Positions 46,958 to 55,742 of a stretch of 64,000 nucleotides of DNA are shown piece after piece (positions within the stretch are counted from its first letter, which is position 1; each line of letters opens with the position of its first letter). Position numbers and translations under genes: made by a program. The notes beneath the pieces are model-generated. The model saw only the letters and a program-made list of their open reading frames with translations, was not told the origin of the DNA and did not search any database. Source of the DNA: a virus; IMG/VR virus record IMGVR_UViG_3300006175_000004, positions 1 through 64,000 of that record; one strand, 5' to 3'.

Positions 46958-47319
46958 TCATCCCTTGGCGGAAAGTCGCCTTGGTCATAATCCGCAAGCT
47001 TGATAAAGACGTGCCATCCACATCCGGGCGGATGGTGGTATTTCTTTCCCTTGTGGGTGAATTCCGCTTCCTTGGAATCGAAGAAGCTTTGTGTCACCCG
47101 ACCATCTGCGTGAACATGGTGCAGACCGATCCCGGTTGTGATCCCGCACTTGCATCGCACCAAGGGCTTTAACTGCTTGCCCGCCATATCCTGAACAGGA
47201 AACCAGCCCGGCGCTGTGGTTTTGTCGTACCCATCCAACTTGGGTATCAGGATGGGGTTGTTCGCATCACAGCGGTCGATCCCGCTCACAAGCGACATTG
47301 GGTGCGGTTGGAAAGCCAT
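46954..47319 (-). CDS. Putative zinc-binding hypothetical protein
   Basis: CKCG...H...CGWHVFIKL. Confidence 0.55.
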   Translation of the reverse strand: MAFQPHPMSLVSGIDRCDANNPILIPKLDGYDKTTAPGWFPVQDMAGKQLKPLVRCKCGITTGIGLHHVHADGRVTQSFFDSKEAEFTHKGKKYHHPPGCGWHVFIKLADYDQGDFPPRDE

Positions 47320-47789
47320 CAGTCAACCCACGCCTTGAATGCTGCCTGATATTGTCCGGTGTCGATGAAGGAAGGCCGACGCTTGTTGGCCTTCGCATAA
47401 GGATGCAGCAGGCGATGGTTCACACCCGCCAATGCAGCAGCGGTTGGCACACCGGGGTAGCCGATCTTTTCCGGCCCGCCCATTGACAGCCATTGCTTGA
47501 AACGGTCACCGATATCATCGCCCGCCGATGCAAACGGATCGCCTGAAGCCGGTGCGCCTTGCAGCAAGTCTTCCAGCGCACCCGCCAAGCCCTGCTCGAG
47601 CGACCGCAGCACGAACAATTTGTCGATCTCGAAGAAGTTCTGCATGACGTGGTATTTGGCTTCCAAGATTTCAGCCACGTCATAGGTGCTGATCGACGGC
47701 ACCGACTTCCGGGGCTTCCGCTTGCCCTTGCGCGGGGCGGGCTGTGGATAGGCGTAGGGATGGTCGATTACCCCGAGATGCAGCTTCAT
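47319..47789 (-). CDS. Neck/tail completion protein
   Basis: MKLHLGVID, VAEILEAKYHVM, RPSFIDTGQY. Confidence 0.7.
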   Translation of the reverse strand: MKLHLGVIDHPYAYPQPAPRKGKRKPRKSVPSISTYDVAEILEAKYHVMQNFFEIDKLFVLRSLEQGLAGALEDLLQGAPASGDPFASAGDDIGDRFKQWLSMGGPEKIGYPGVPTAAALAGVNHRLLHPYAKANKRRPSFIDTGQYQAAFKAWVD

Positions 47790-47898
47790 TTTTAAGCCTT
47801 GAGGGGCCGCAGGCCGGGCTTCCAAGGGGCCGGAAGGGCCGGAAGCCGAGGTATGCGGCCAGAATCGCCGGAATTCACGCCTGCCAATGGCCCCGGCT

Positions 47899-48393
47899 TC
47901 ATGGGGTTAGGCCCCAAATGGACGTGCCATAGTCCTGCGCGAATGCAAGATATTGACGGCCCCACGGCGTCTTCAGGTTTTGCAGGTTCGCCATCGTGAA
48001 GTCCTTGGCCGCTTCGATGTTCAGATAGCTGCTGCTCGTCCCTTCATCGCTTGCCGATTGGATCACGCCCGGAATGAACTTCAGGCAATTGTACTGGTTG
48101 CGTGAGTATTTGAAGAAGGGTGCAGGCGGATCGCTTCCGGGGATGGTCGCAGCGCCGGGAAGATCGGCGGCGTAATTGATGAGATTATCACCGCCGAGAT
48201 TGTAAACCGCCAAGACGTAAATGTCAGGAATGACATTCAGGGTAAGGTTCACAATGTCGACCGAGATTTGCAGCGCAAACGGGATCGCCGGGGAATTGTC
48301 CGGCAGCACGGTGGTGTCGATCCCCATGTTCAGGCGAATGAAGTTGGTAAAGCCTGCAACAGACACGGGTTGGATTGTGAAGAACTTACCCAT
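47899..48393 (-). CDS. Head-tail adaptor (DUF4054-like)
   Basis: SASDEGTSSS, LKTPWGRQYL. Confidence 0.75.
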   Translation of the reverse strand: MGKFFTIQPVSVAGFTNFIRLNMGIDTTVLPDNSPAIPFALQISVDIVNLTLNVIPDIYVLAVYNLGGDNLINYAADLPGAATIPGSDPPAPFFKYSRNQYNCLKFIPGVIQSASDEGTSSSYLNIEAAKDFTMANLQNLKTPWGRQYLAFAQDYGTSIWGLTP

Positions 48394-48398
48394 CGAGG

Positions 48399-48932
48399 TC
48401 AGCCCTTGCGGTTGCGCTTGCGGGGCGGTGGCGGGGCTTGCCCGTCAATCTGCTTATTGGTCACCCGGATGCCTTCAGCCACCATGTCGACATTTTCCTG
48501 ATTGGGCTTCTCTTCCTGCACGACCGACATCTCGAGCGTTTCAAGCGTCGAAGGGTTGTTCGCCTCGGCAAGATGGTGATCAATCAGATTGCTGGCGCTG
48601 ACCGCTGCCTGCTTGCGGAATTCCTTTCCGCGCTCGACCAAAATACGGGTGTTGCGGTCCATTGCGAGCATGATGTTGTCAATGCTGATCGGGCGGTCGA
48701 CCGAATAGCACAGCCCGGTGAAGGTGCGAATGTTCTTCACTTCCGATACGGGGATCAATCCGTACTTCTTGTGCTGCTTGACAATGGCGTCAATGTCCGG
48801 GGTATTCAGATCGCCCGCGACCTGGATTTGTCTGCCGATCCCGATCCGTTGAATACGCATGGACACCTCTTCAGGCACGCGGTAGGGCAATTCGATGTTC
48901 TGCTTCGTCAAGTTTGCGATGTAAAGTTTCAT
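48399..48932 (-). CDS. Conserved hypothetical protein downstream of capsid gene
   Basis: MKLYIANLTKQ..., GLCYSVDRPI. Confidence 0.65.
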   Translation of the reverse strand: MKLYIANLTKQNIELPYRVPEEVSMRIQRIGIGRQIQVAGDLNTPDIDAIVKQHKKYGLIPVSEVKNIRTFTGLCYSVDRPISIDNIMLAMDRNTRILVERGKEFRKQAAVSASNLIDHHLAEANNPSTLETLEMSVVQEEKPNQENVDMVAEGIRVTNKQIDGQAPPPPRKRNRKG

Positions 48933-49065
48933 GAGAATTCTCCCAAGGGTCAAAAGGTGGTGTCCGCTACTTTCCCGGACTGGTCACAGTGCGATTTTAT
49001 TCTCCTGTTTTCCTGATGACCCTTGGGTTGGATATCCGTCGGGGGGTATGGCTTCGACGGTTCAA

Positions 49066-49100
49066 GAAACGGGGTGGGGATCGCTTTGTTACATCCCCAC
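49066..49100 (-). terminator. Possible terminator hairpin after capsid gene
   Basis: GTGGGGAT...ATCCCCAC stem followed by weak T-rich tail. Confidence 0.4.
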
Positions 49101-49123
49101 ATCGGAAGCGGATAGTCTTCCGA

Positions 49124-50146
49124 TTACTGATACTGCATCGAGACTCCGGTGATTGCTTCCGGACGAACGCCCCAACCCGATGTCGAACGAAGTTCGCTGA
49201 CAATATCAATCGCGCCACCGGGGATCGGTGTCGGGATTTCTTTTGGCGCAGCCATGTCGTTCAATTGCAGCGTGCAAGCTTCCAAGCCCGGCGACAGCTT
49301 GGCGAACTCGTTGGTATTGATCTTCCCGCCTGCGGGCTTCTGCACTTCAGGCATGACGATGAGGACCAAATCGGTGTTGCCGCCGAGTCCCTGATTGATC
49401 AGGGTATCGTCATAGCACCACAAGATTTCATCCTTGTTGTCGCTTGCCACGGATTTGACCACGCCTGCGGTCGAAGTCGTGCCTGCGCCGGGCCGCTGGA
49501 ATTGCACAAGCTGAACCACGTTGTATTCGAACGTGCCAAGCGTGCGCTGCGGTCCAAGGATGGTGAACTTCCTGCCGATCCCCAATTGATTGGTGCGGGA
49601 TTTGATCTGCTGGATCTGCGACAAAATGAACAACGCCATTTGCCCGTTGTCATAGGTGACGACGGTATCGTTGTTGTTCGAATCAGGCGGCAGCGGGATT
49701 GCCGTCGAACCATTGGTATTGACAATGCCTTCGCCGTTCGCGGGGTTCATCCCGTAAAGCAGCATATTCCGAAGAAGCTGGAAGTGGCCTTGGCGCATAC
49801 CCAACCGCTGGGCTTCGACGATGGAAACATTCCACCGGCTCATCGCAGCGGTATCATGGTGGTCGTATTCAGCCCGGACCCGAAGCAAGTAGGACGCGGT
49901 GCTGATCATCGACATCGCAATGCCGACCGATGGCAGTTCATTGTAAGCCGATTGCCCGCCCGCCATCTTCGTGCGGATATCCGCGCGGCGGATGTAAGCA
50001 ACCAAATCACCTTCGCCCAAGCGGGTCAGCGGTTCGCCACCCCCAAGAAGATCGAAAGCCCCGGAAGCCTGCGAGTAAGGCAGCAGGATTTCCGGCATTG
50101 TGTATGACGGGTTGAGCGTCACATAAGCCGGGGCAATGTTACCCAT
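49124..50146 (-). CDS. Major capsid protein
   Basis: 340 aa; YSQASGAF, RAEYDHHD, GWGVRPEA; follows protease/scaffold and decoration genes. Confidence 0.85.
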   Translation of the reverse strand: MGNIAPAYVTLNPSYTMPEILLPYSQASGAFDLLGGGEPLTRLGEGDLVAYIRRADIRTKMAGGQSAYNELPSVGIAMSMISTASYLLRVRAEYDHHDTAAMSRWNVSIVEAQRLGMRQGHFQLLRNMLLYGMNPANGEGIVNTNGSTAIPLPPDSNNNDTVVTYDNGQMALFILSQIQQIKSRTNQLGIGRKFTILGPQRTLGTFEYNVVQLVQFQRPGAGTTSTAGVVKSVASDNKDEILWCYDDTLINQGLGGNTDLVLIVMPEVQKPAGGKINTNEFAKLSPGLEACTLQLNDMAAPKEIPTPIPGGAIDIVSELRSTSGWGVRPEAITGVSMQYQ

Positions 50147-50191
50147 TTAGAAAATTCCTTTCTGTCAGTGATTGATTGGACGCCCAATCGG

Positions 50192-51100
50192 TCAGATTTG
50201 AACGAGTGCGCAGGAACCGGAACGGTTCCATGTGGCGAAGCCGGTGACCGGGTCGTAGCTGACCACCATGCTGTTGCCGATCTGCACGTTCAGAATTTTG
50301 ACCGGCAGAATGGCAGCGGCTGCACCGCCAACAAGCAGCGATCCACCAGTGATGGTGGAAGCACCAAGCCCGGACCCGGCATTGTAGACCACTGTCGATC
50401 CGGTCGTCCCTGCCAAGGCGGTGAATGTGCCGTTCAGGGAAGCGAATGCCCCGGTGCCGGTCAGCGATGACACCGTGACCGAGTCGCCCGGCCCGAATGT
50501 GATCGGGGCGGACATGGTCAGTGTGACCACACCCGTGCCGTCAACATAAGTGCCGGATGAAATGGTCAGCGCAGAAGCGATGTAGGGCACCAACCGCTGA
50601 TTGGTGAAGTCCCATGACACCGCTTGCGTGATGATATTCCCCTCAAGATCGACCAGTGCAGGATCGATGGCCAGCGCAATGCGGGCGTTCGATCCAAGAC
50701 GGTAGAAATTGACGGTCATGCCGGAAGCGGCAAGTGGGACCGGCGATTGCGGCGTATTGATCATGGAATGGTCCTGATCAAACACCGAGAAGCCGGTCAG
50801 ATCGCCAGCGTCGCCACCGTCAGGCGGGTTCTCCGTATCGGCAATCTGCGTAGCGCGGGTGATCTTCCCGCCATTGACGCCGTTTGCCGATCCGCCAGAA
50901 TATGGCGAAGTGGTTTCACTGATTGCGACACCGCCCCACATGGGAATGGTCTCGCTGTCAGCAAGTACGCCACCGGCCAACCGATAGCGGGCCGAAGGAT
51001 CGTCCATCGCCTGACCCTGAATGTAGCCATCCGACTGGACATTGAATGAACCCGCACCATTGGTGGTAACAAGCGGGTTGAAGGCAATTTGAGCAGACAT
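50192..51100 (-). CDS. Capsid decoration/cement protein
   Basis: GYIQGQAMDDP, PMWGGVAISE, FYRLGSNARI, SWDF; internal beta-domain insertion. Confidence 0.75.
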   Translation of the reverse strand: MSAQIAFNPLVTTNGAGSFNVQSDGYIQGQAMDDPSARYRLAGGVLADSETIPMWGGVAISETTSPYSGGSANGVNGGKITRATQIADTENPPDGGDAGDLTGFSVFDQDHSMINTPQSPVPLAASGMTVNFYRLGSNARIALAIDPALVDLEGNIITQAVSWDFTNQRLVPYIASALTISSGTYVDGTGVVTLTMSAPITFGPGDSVTVSSLTGTGAFASLNGTFTALAGTTGSTVVYNAGSGLGASTITGGSLLVGGAAAAILPVKILNVQIGNSMVVSYDPVTGFATWNRSGSCALVQI

Positions 51101-51174
51101 TGTTTCTAGTTCCTTTCCGCCGGTTCATTCAATGCCCCGGCTGATGATGCGAAAGTGAATTGACCCCTGATCGA

Positions 51175-52116
51175 TCAGCGGCCCTGTTGTGCCGATGGCG
51201 TCAGGAAACCGCCTTTGTCCCAATCCACCTTCTGCACCGGGGCTTTGAAGTCGCGCACGAAGCTGTGCTTGCCGACAAAGCTGATCGTGCGCTGACCGGT
51301 CGCATGGTCAGTGCGGGTAATCTGACGAAGCTCGTCTTCCGGCAGATCGACAGGATTGTCCGCAGCCTTGAACGCGTCTGCGTAAATCTGCCCTTCAGCC
51401 ACATCGAAGGCCGCGTCCGCAATTGCGGCGACATCAACCTTCGACCATGCAGGCGAATGGACCTTCAGCGCGGTAGCCAACCGGCGCTTGTAGGCTTCCA
51501 ACGTTTCCCCATCCAAGGGGCGCGGCGCTGAATCACCAAAGGCTTGGAAGACCGTGTCCGCCTTCGCCTGCACTTCTGCCCGCTTGCGGAAATCCGCATC
51601 GGACATCTGCAACGGCATCCGGCGTTTCAGATCGGCAATTTCGCGCTTCATGGCTTTGACATCGACGCTGTCCTTGCGGGCATCATCGTCATCATCGTCG
51701 TCCTTCTTCGCGTCCTTGCGACCCTTCTTTTTGTCGGCAACGGCGACCTTTTTGTCTTCTTCTTCGTCTTCGTCATCGTCGTCGTCATCGTCGTCGTCTT
51801 TTTTGTCTTCCTTCTTCCCCTTCATGTCTTCAGGGAAGTCGTCCTTCTTGGCCGCATCCTTTTTGTCGGCCTTTTTGTCTTCCTTCTTTTCTTCTTCTTC
51901 GTCGTCGTCATCGTCGTCGGCCTTCTTGGCTTCGAACGCATCCATGCGCGACGACATTGAATCGACCTTCGCTGCGTACTCGTCAAAACGCTGACGATCA
52001 TCGGCCCGGCCTTTCGCCAAGCTGTCAAGACCCGTCAGGATTTTGTCGAGTTTGTCTCCACCTTCCGCATCTGCTCGCACCTTCGCTTCTGCGGCCTTTC
52101 TTTCTTCATCCGTCAC
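51175..52116 (-). CDS. Nested in-frame scaffolding protein (internal start)
   Basis: AAAGGAG SD 8 nt before an in-frame GTG right after the protease domain. Confidence 0.6.
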   Translation of the reverse strand: MTDEERKAAEAKVRADAEGGDKLDKILTGLDSLAKGRADDRQRFDEYAAKVDSMSSRMDAFEAKKADDDDDDEEEEKKEDKKADKKDAAKKDDFPEDMKGKKEDKKDDDDDDDDDEDEEEDKKVAVADKKKGRKDAKKDDDDDDDARKDSVDVKAMKREIADLKRRMPLQMSDADFRKRAEVQAKADTVFQAFGDSAPRPLDGETLEAYKRRLATALKVHSPAWSKVDVAAIADAAFDVAEGQIYADAFKAADNPVDLPEDELRQITRTDHATGQRTISFVGKHSFVRDFKAPVQKVDWDKGGFLTPSAQQGR

Positions 52117-53118
52117 TGTACTGTCTCCTTTCACGAGAGTAGCCACACCGGCTGGATCGCCACCTTTGTCCCAAACACCCTTCTCGCAGATGGCGATATG
52201 ATCGAGCAGAGAAGGTTTACCTTCAATCAGTAATTGTTCACCTGTATCCAATTCCACTTTCGTATTGACGCTTGGATCGCGGAACACCACCGCAGGCGAC
52301 GTGGAAAGCTGTGTGTTCCGCATTTCCTTGATTGCATCTGCATCGTAGATTTTAGCGATGCCCCAAACTTCGCTCGCTTCCGGCTTCAGGTACGGCAGGA
52401 AGACTGATCCAACAACGCGGTCGTTGAATTCCTTGCTGTTCAACATCGCGCTTTTGGGATGCTCGAAGATTACCGACAAGCCCATGCACCGCTGCACGAA
52501 GTCTTCATTCATGTACAGCGATGGATCGCGCCACACATATTCGTTGTGCTTGTGGCGATAGGCCATTCCGGTGCCGGTAATGCGGATATTGAACAGCCAC
52601 ATGTTGTCATAGGGCTGCGGGCTGACCAGAAGCCCGGACATCATCGCGCGGGCGACAGCGAGTTCGTCCATGCCAAGGCGGTCGAGCGCAATCTGACAGC
52701 CGGGGTGCATCGGCTGCGGTGGCTGATCGATGGGTGCCCAAGCCCATCCGACATGTTCGCCATTGACCGTAGGCGTGAATTCTTCCTTCACCCGCTGAAT
52801 GAATGTGGTGAAGTCGACTTCTTCCCCCGGCGCTGCTTCGCCCGGTAGCAAGGCAACGCTGCCATTCAGAGGTGCAGGGGCAAGCGGGGTTGGATCACGG
52901 GGCCTGATTTGCCGCGTCCATTCGGCCCGTGGCCCTGCGGGTATCTTGCCACATTCTTCGATGGCTTCGCGCTCAGCTGCTTCCAGCTCGGTCTCGTCGC
53001 CTTCGATATGGCCACCGGGGAAGCACCAGAAGCCGGGGTAATCACCGCCCGGCCCGCGCTTCAGATACAGGGCCTTGCGATCCTGCGTGATGAAAAGAAT
53101 TCCGGCAGCGCGGATCAT
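51175..53118 (-). CDS. NUDIX hydrolase - prohead protease (DUF2213-like) - scaffold fusion
   Basis: Intact Nudix box GGHIEGDETELEAAEREAIEECG; protease RITGTG, FEHP, QLSTSP, LDHIAIC.KGVWDK; acidic D/E/K-rich scaffold C-terminus. Confidence 0.85.
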   Translation of the reverse strand: MIRAAGILFITQDRKALYLKRGPGGDYPGFWCFPGGHIEGDETELEAAEREAIEECGKIPAGPRAEWTRQIRPRDPTPLAPAPLNGSVALLPGEAAPGEEVDFTTFIQRVKEEFTPTVNGEHVGWAWAPIDQPPQPMHPGCQIALDRLGMDELAVARAMMSGLLVSPQPYDNMWLFNIRITGTGMAYRHKHNEYVWRDPSLYMNEDFVQRCMGLSVIFEHPKSAMLNSKEFNDRVVGSVFLPYLKPEASEVWGIAKIYDADAIKEMRNTQLSTSPAVVFRDPSVNTKVELDTGEQLLIEGKPSLLDHIAICEKGVWDKGGDPAGVATLVKGDSTVTDEERKAAEAKVRADAEGGDKLDKILTGLDSLAKGRADDRQRFDEYAAKVDSMSSRMDAFEAKKADDDDDDEEEEKKEDKKADKKDAAKKDDFPEDMKGKKEDKKDDDDDDDDDEDEEEDKKVAVADKKKGRKDAKKDDDDDDDARKDSVDVKAMKREIADLKRRMPLQMSDADFRKRAEVQAKADTVFQAFGDSAPRPLDGETLEAYKRRLATALKVHSPAWSKVDVAAIADAAFDVAEGQIYADAFKAADNPVDLPEDELRQITRTDHATGQRTISFVGKHSFVRDFKAPVQKVDWDKGGFLTPSAQQGR

Positions 53119-54407
53119 CAGGATACCACTTTCACTTTGCCTTCGGGGATCATGTAGTTGGTATTTTCAGATGGGGCCGATTGGATTTGCAGGTGGCCGT
53201 CGCGGGCAGACAGAACCCGACCGGTTTCGCCGTGGCCACGAATGCCCGGCGCATTGATCTTCACCTGCTTGCCGATCATCGGGTGCTTGTCAGCATCGGT
53301 CCTCGTCTTTGACCTAGGCGGAACAACCGTCACTGATTTGACGTTGCTCTGCGCCTTCATTTCCTTCTCCATGTGACGAGCTTCACTTTCGTGAGTGTAA
53401 ACATAGGTGTCAAAGTCACCGGTCTTCCAATAGACTTTGACTTCCCAATAGCTGGAAGCATCACCACGAACGGCCTTCTTCTTGTCAGGGCCTTCCATCA
53501 TCTTCGCGATGTCGCGGTCGATGTCGTCGATCTTCGCAGCCAATTCCCCGGCCTTGGCAGGATTGCCTTCCGATTTTATCAAGCGGTCAAGCTGGCTCTG
53601 AAGCTCGGTACGCAAGGCCCGCAGGCGAACCAGTTCACCTGCTGTGCTGTCGGCCTTTATTTCGCTGACATATATTCCGGTGCAATCCGGGTGCTTTCGG
53701 TGGGCAATCTTCGCCGCTTCATCTTTGGTAGCTGCCTTGATGTCCAAATCGGCCACGTGCTTTGACGATTGCGGGGTCTTGAATACTTGTACGTGCCATT
53801 CCCGCTCGGCTGCATCAGCCTTCGTGCCCTGATTGGGTTCACGATATGATGCAGCAATGGAATCGATCTTCACCATTGCTTCATCCATCAGGCACGCGTC
53901 CATCTTGGCGCAGATCGCGTCAAGCATCGATGAAGCGGGCGATACCGCGCTGTCGCTGCGCGGTTCCCACTCAAGGGCACCTTCGTCGTTTTCGACATAG
54001 GCCCCTTTGGTCTGTTTGGCCTTGGCGACCGCTTCCTTGAAGCTGTCGATCTGCCCGGAGATTTTACGGCCGTCTTTCACGACGAAGAAGGTCTCCGGCA
54101 CATTCTGCTCAATGCGTGAGTCGGCCCGATTTGCCCCTTCCAATTCCTTGGTCAGATCACGGACGTTCTGCTCGAGCTTTTCCTTGCTCGGGATATTGAT
54201 GGTGTTGAACCGACCGCCCGCCAGCAACTTCTTGGCTTCGGCAAGTTCTTGTTGGATCGCTTCACGTGGCCTGCCTGCATCCGCCCGATCCACGCCCGAT
54301 ATCTTCCCGGCATTCTTGGAAGCGTAGAAGACTTGCTTCCCCTTGTCGCCACCGTATTCCTTTTCCATCGCGGCAAGGATTTCCTCACCTTTTGCTGTCA
54401 ACGGCAT
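53118..54407 (-). CDS. Modular head-associated polyprotein-like protein
   Basis: Conserved MPLTAKG...VFYASKN N-terminal module; seven regularly spaced [RK]xD[AS] motifs; TGATG-coupled to protease gene. Confidence 0.7.
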   Translation of the reverse strand: MPLTAKGEEILAAMEKEYGGDKGKQVFYASKNAGKISGVDRADAGRPREAIQQELAEAKKLLAGGRFNTINIPSKEKLEQNVRDLTKELEGANRADSRIEQNVPETFFVVKDGRKISGQIDSFKEAVAKAKQTKGAYVENDEGALEWEPRSDSAVSPASSMLDAICAKMDACLMDEAMVKIDSIAASYREPNQGTKADAAEREWHVQVFKTPQSSKHVADLDIKAATKDEAAKIAHRKHPDCTGIYVSEIKADSTAGELVRLRALRTELQSQLDRLIKSEGNPAKAGELAAKIDDIDRDIAKMMEGPDKKKAVRGDASSYWEVKVYWKTGDFDTYVYTHESEARHMEKEMKAQSNVKSVTVVPPRSKTRTDADKHPMIGKQVKINAPGIRGHGETGRVLSARDGHLQIQSAPSENTNYMIPEGKVKVVS

Positions 54408-54419
54408 TTGCGTAACCCC

Positions 54420-54758
54420 TTATTGCAGGATGATCGCGTTGTTGATGACAGCGGTGCTGCCGGAAGCATTGGCAAGCTTGATCTTGAACCACCCGAACAG
54501 CTTCCCGTCCGCGATGGCCTTGTTGGTCAGGGTATTGGCGCTGATCGCCTGCGTGGTTTCTTGCACAAGAATATCCCCGGCAGGATCGGCGTATTGATCG
54601 ATGGTCAGCGTCAGGTCGTGGGTGGCCTTCGCCCAAACCGAAATGTTCGCGCCGTGGCTGATTATGATACCGGAGTCATAGGTGACACCGGTAAGAATTT
54701 GTGCCGGGAATGGATTGAGCGGCGGAACCGGGCCTGCAGCATTCGGGTACGGAACCAT
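54420..54758 (-). CDS. Hypothetical (putative virion) protein
   Basis: 112-aa beta-rich ORF in head module. Confidence 0.55.
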   Translation of the reverse strand: MVPYPNAAGPVPPLNPFPAQILTGVTYDSGIIISHGANISVWAKATHDLTLTIDQYADPAGDILVQETTQAISANTLTNKAIADGKLFGWFKIKLANASGSTAVINNAIILQ

Positions 54759-54770
54759 TGGTTGTCCCTT

Positions 54771-55163
54771 CTATTGAATGGGCGGAAATTTCAGGCGAAG
54801 GCGAATTATGTTGACCTGATCCTTCAGGGCCTGGATCGTTTTCTGCTCTGTCTTGTTCGGCCTTGGCCCTGCGTCCGCTTGCGCCTGCTGCAACTGGAAC
54901 TGGTACCATTCCAAGTCGCGCTGATCGCTGCGGTTTTCGGCTGCATCCAAACGCTGAAGAATTCGGTCGTTATTCTGCTGAAGTGTTTGTAGCTGCTTGC
55001 CAAGCTGCACCAAGGCAATTTCGCCGGGGATTGGCAGCGGGCCGCTCTGAATGATCCCGTCCACAATTGGTGCAGCCCATGACACCACAGTAACACCCAT
55101 CATCAGCCCGCCACCGACAGCAGCGACCCACTTTGCCAACCGGATGATCTGAATTCTGTCCAT
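54771..55163 (-). CDS. Membrane-anchored coiled-coil protein
   Basis: N-terminal TM, Gln-rich coil. Confidence 0.5.
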   Translation of the reverse strand: MDRIQIIRLAKWVAAVGGGLMMGVTVVSWAAPIVDGIIQSGPLPIPGEIALVQLGKQLQTLQQNNDRILQRLDAAENRSDQRDLEWYQFQLQQAQADAGPRPNKTEQKTIQALKDQVNIIRLRLKFPPIQ

Positions 55164-55189
55164 GACTGCACCAATCGCTTTAGGATGAT

Positions 55190-55453
55190 TTATTTCTTCC
55201 CGGCCTTCTTCGCCTTCCATGCCTTCTGTTTGGCGATGGCTGCGTCGCCTGCCGGATGACCCGCAGGAGCGTGCTCGTAGATCGTCAGCGATCTACCATC
55301 TGACATTGCCAGTTGGTAGGCGTCGATGATCCCTTCCTGATCGGTCATCAGCATGTTGGTGCCGTGAGCAATCGATTCCTGCAGCTTGTCCAAATCCAAG
55401 CTGCCGTCCGGCGCGTGCGGGTCGTGATTCCATGTGGTAGGTTTATGTGCCAT
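55190..55453 (-). CDS. Hypothetical protein
   Basis: AGGAG SD, 87 aa. Confidence 0.55.
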   Translation of the reverse strand: MAHKPTTWNHDPHAPDGSLDLDKLQESIAHGTNMLMTDQEGIIDAYQLAMSDGRSLTIYEHAPAGHPAGDAAIAKQKAWKAKKAGKK

Positions 55454-55742
55454 TGGGTGCTCCTTTGCTTTGATCGCCGGTTTCCAATTCGGTGGGCGAT
55501 ATCACCGGTTCCATTCCATTGCGGACCCATTCCAAGGCTGCATCCCGCGCGGCGATTGCGTGGGTCACCTCTTCCTTGAAATGCTGCACGCTATTGATCG
55601 CCGGGTGCCTGACGAACAGCAGCATCACAAGAGTGCCTACCCGCTCACCAAAGCCTTTGTGGATTGCACCTTCGTAGTAAGCGATCCGCCTGATTTTCAA
55701 CTCGCGCTGTGCCGCAGCGGCAAGGTCTTCAGAAGCCGTCAC
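55443..55742 (-). CDS. Hypothetical protein
   Basis: GTGA-coupled to head morphogenesis gene. Confidence 0.5.
   Translation of the reverse strand: MTASEDLAAAAQRELKIRRIAYYEGAIHKGFGERVGTLVMLLFVRHPAINSVQHFKEEVTHAIAARDAALEWVRNGMEPVISPTELETGDQSKGAPNGT

Noticed and set aside
48989-50107. Long + strand ORFs antisense to capsid, portal and terminase genes (also 57954-59060, 60115-60999, 55709-56587)
   Set aside because: Shadow ORFs of GC-rich coding strands; no recognisable motifs or SD
51660-51925. TCG/TCA/TTC trinucleotide-like repeats
   Set aside because: These encode the Asp/Glu/Lys-rich scaffold region
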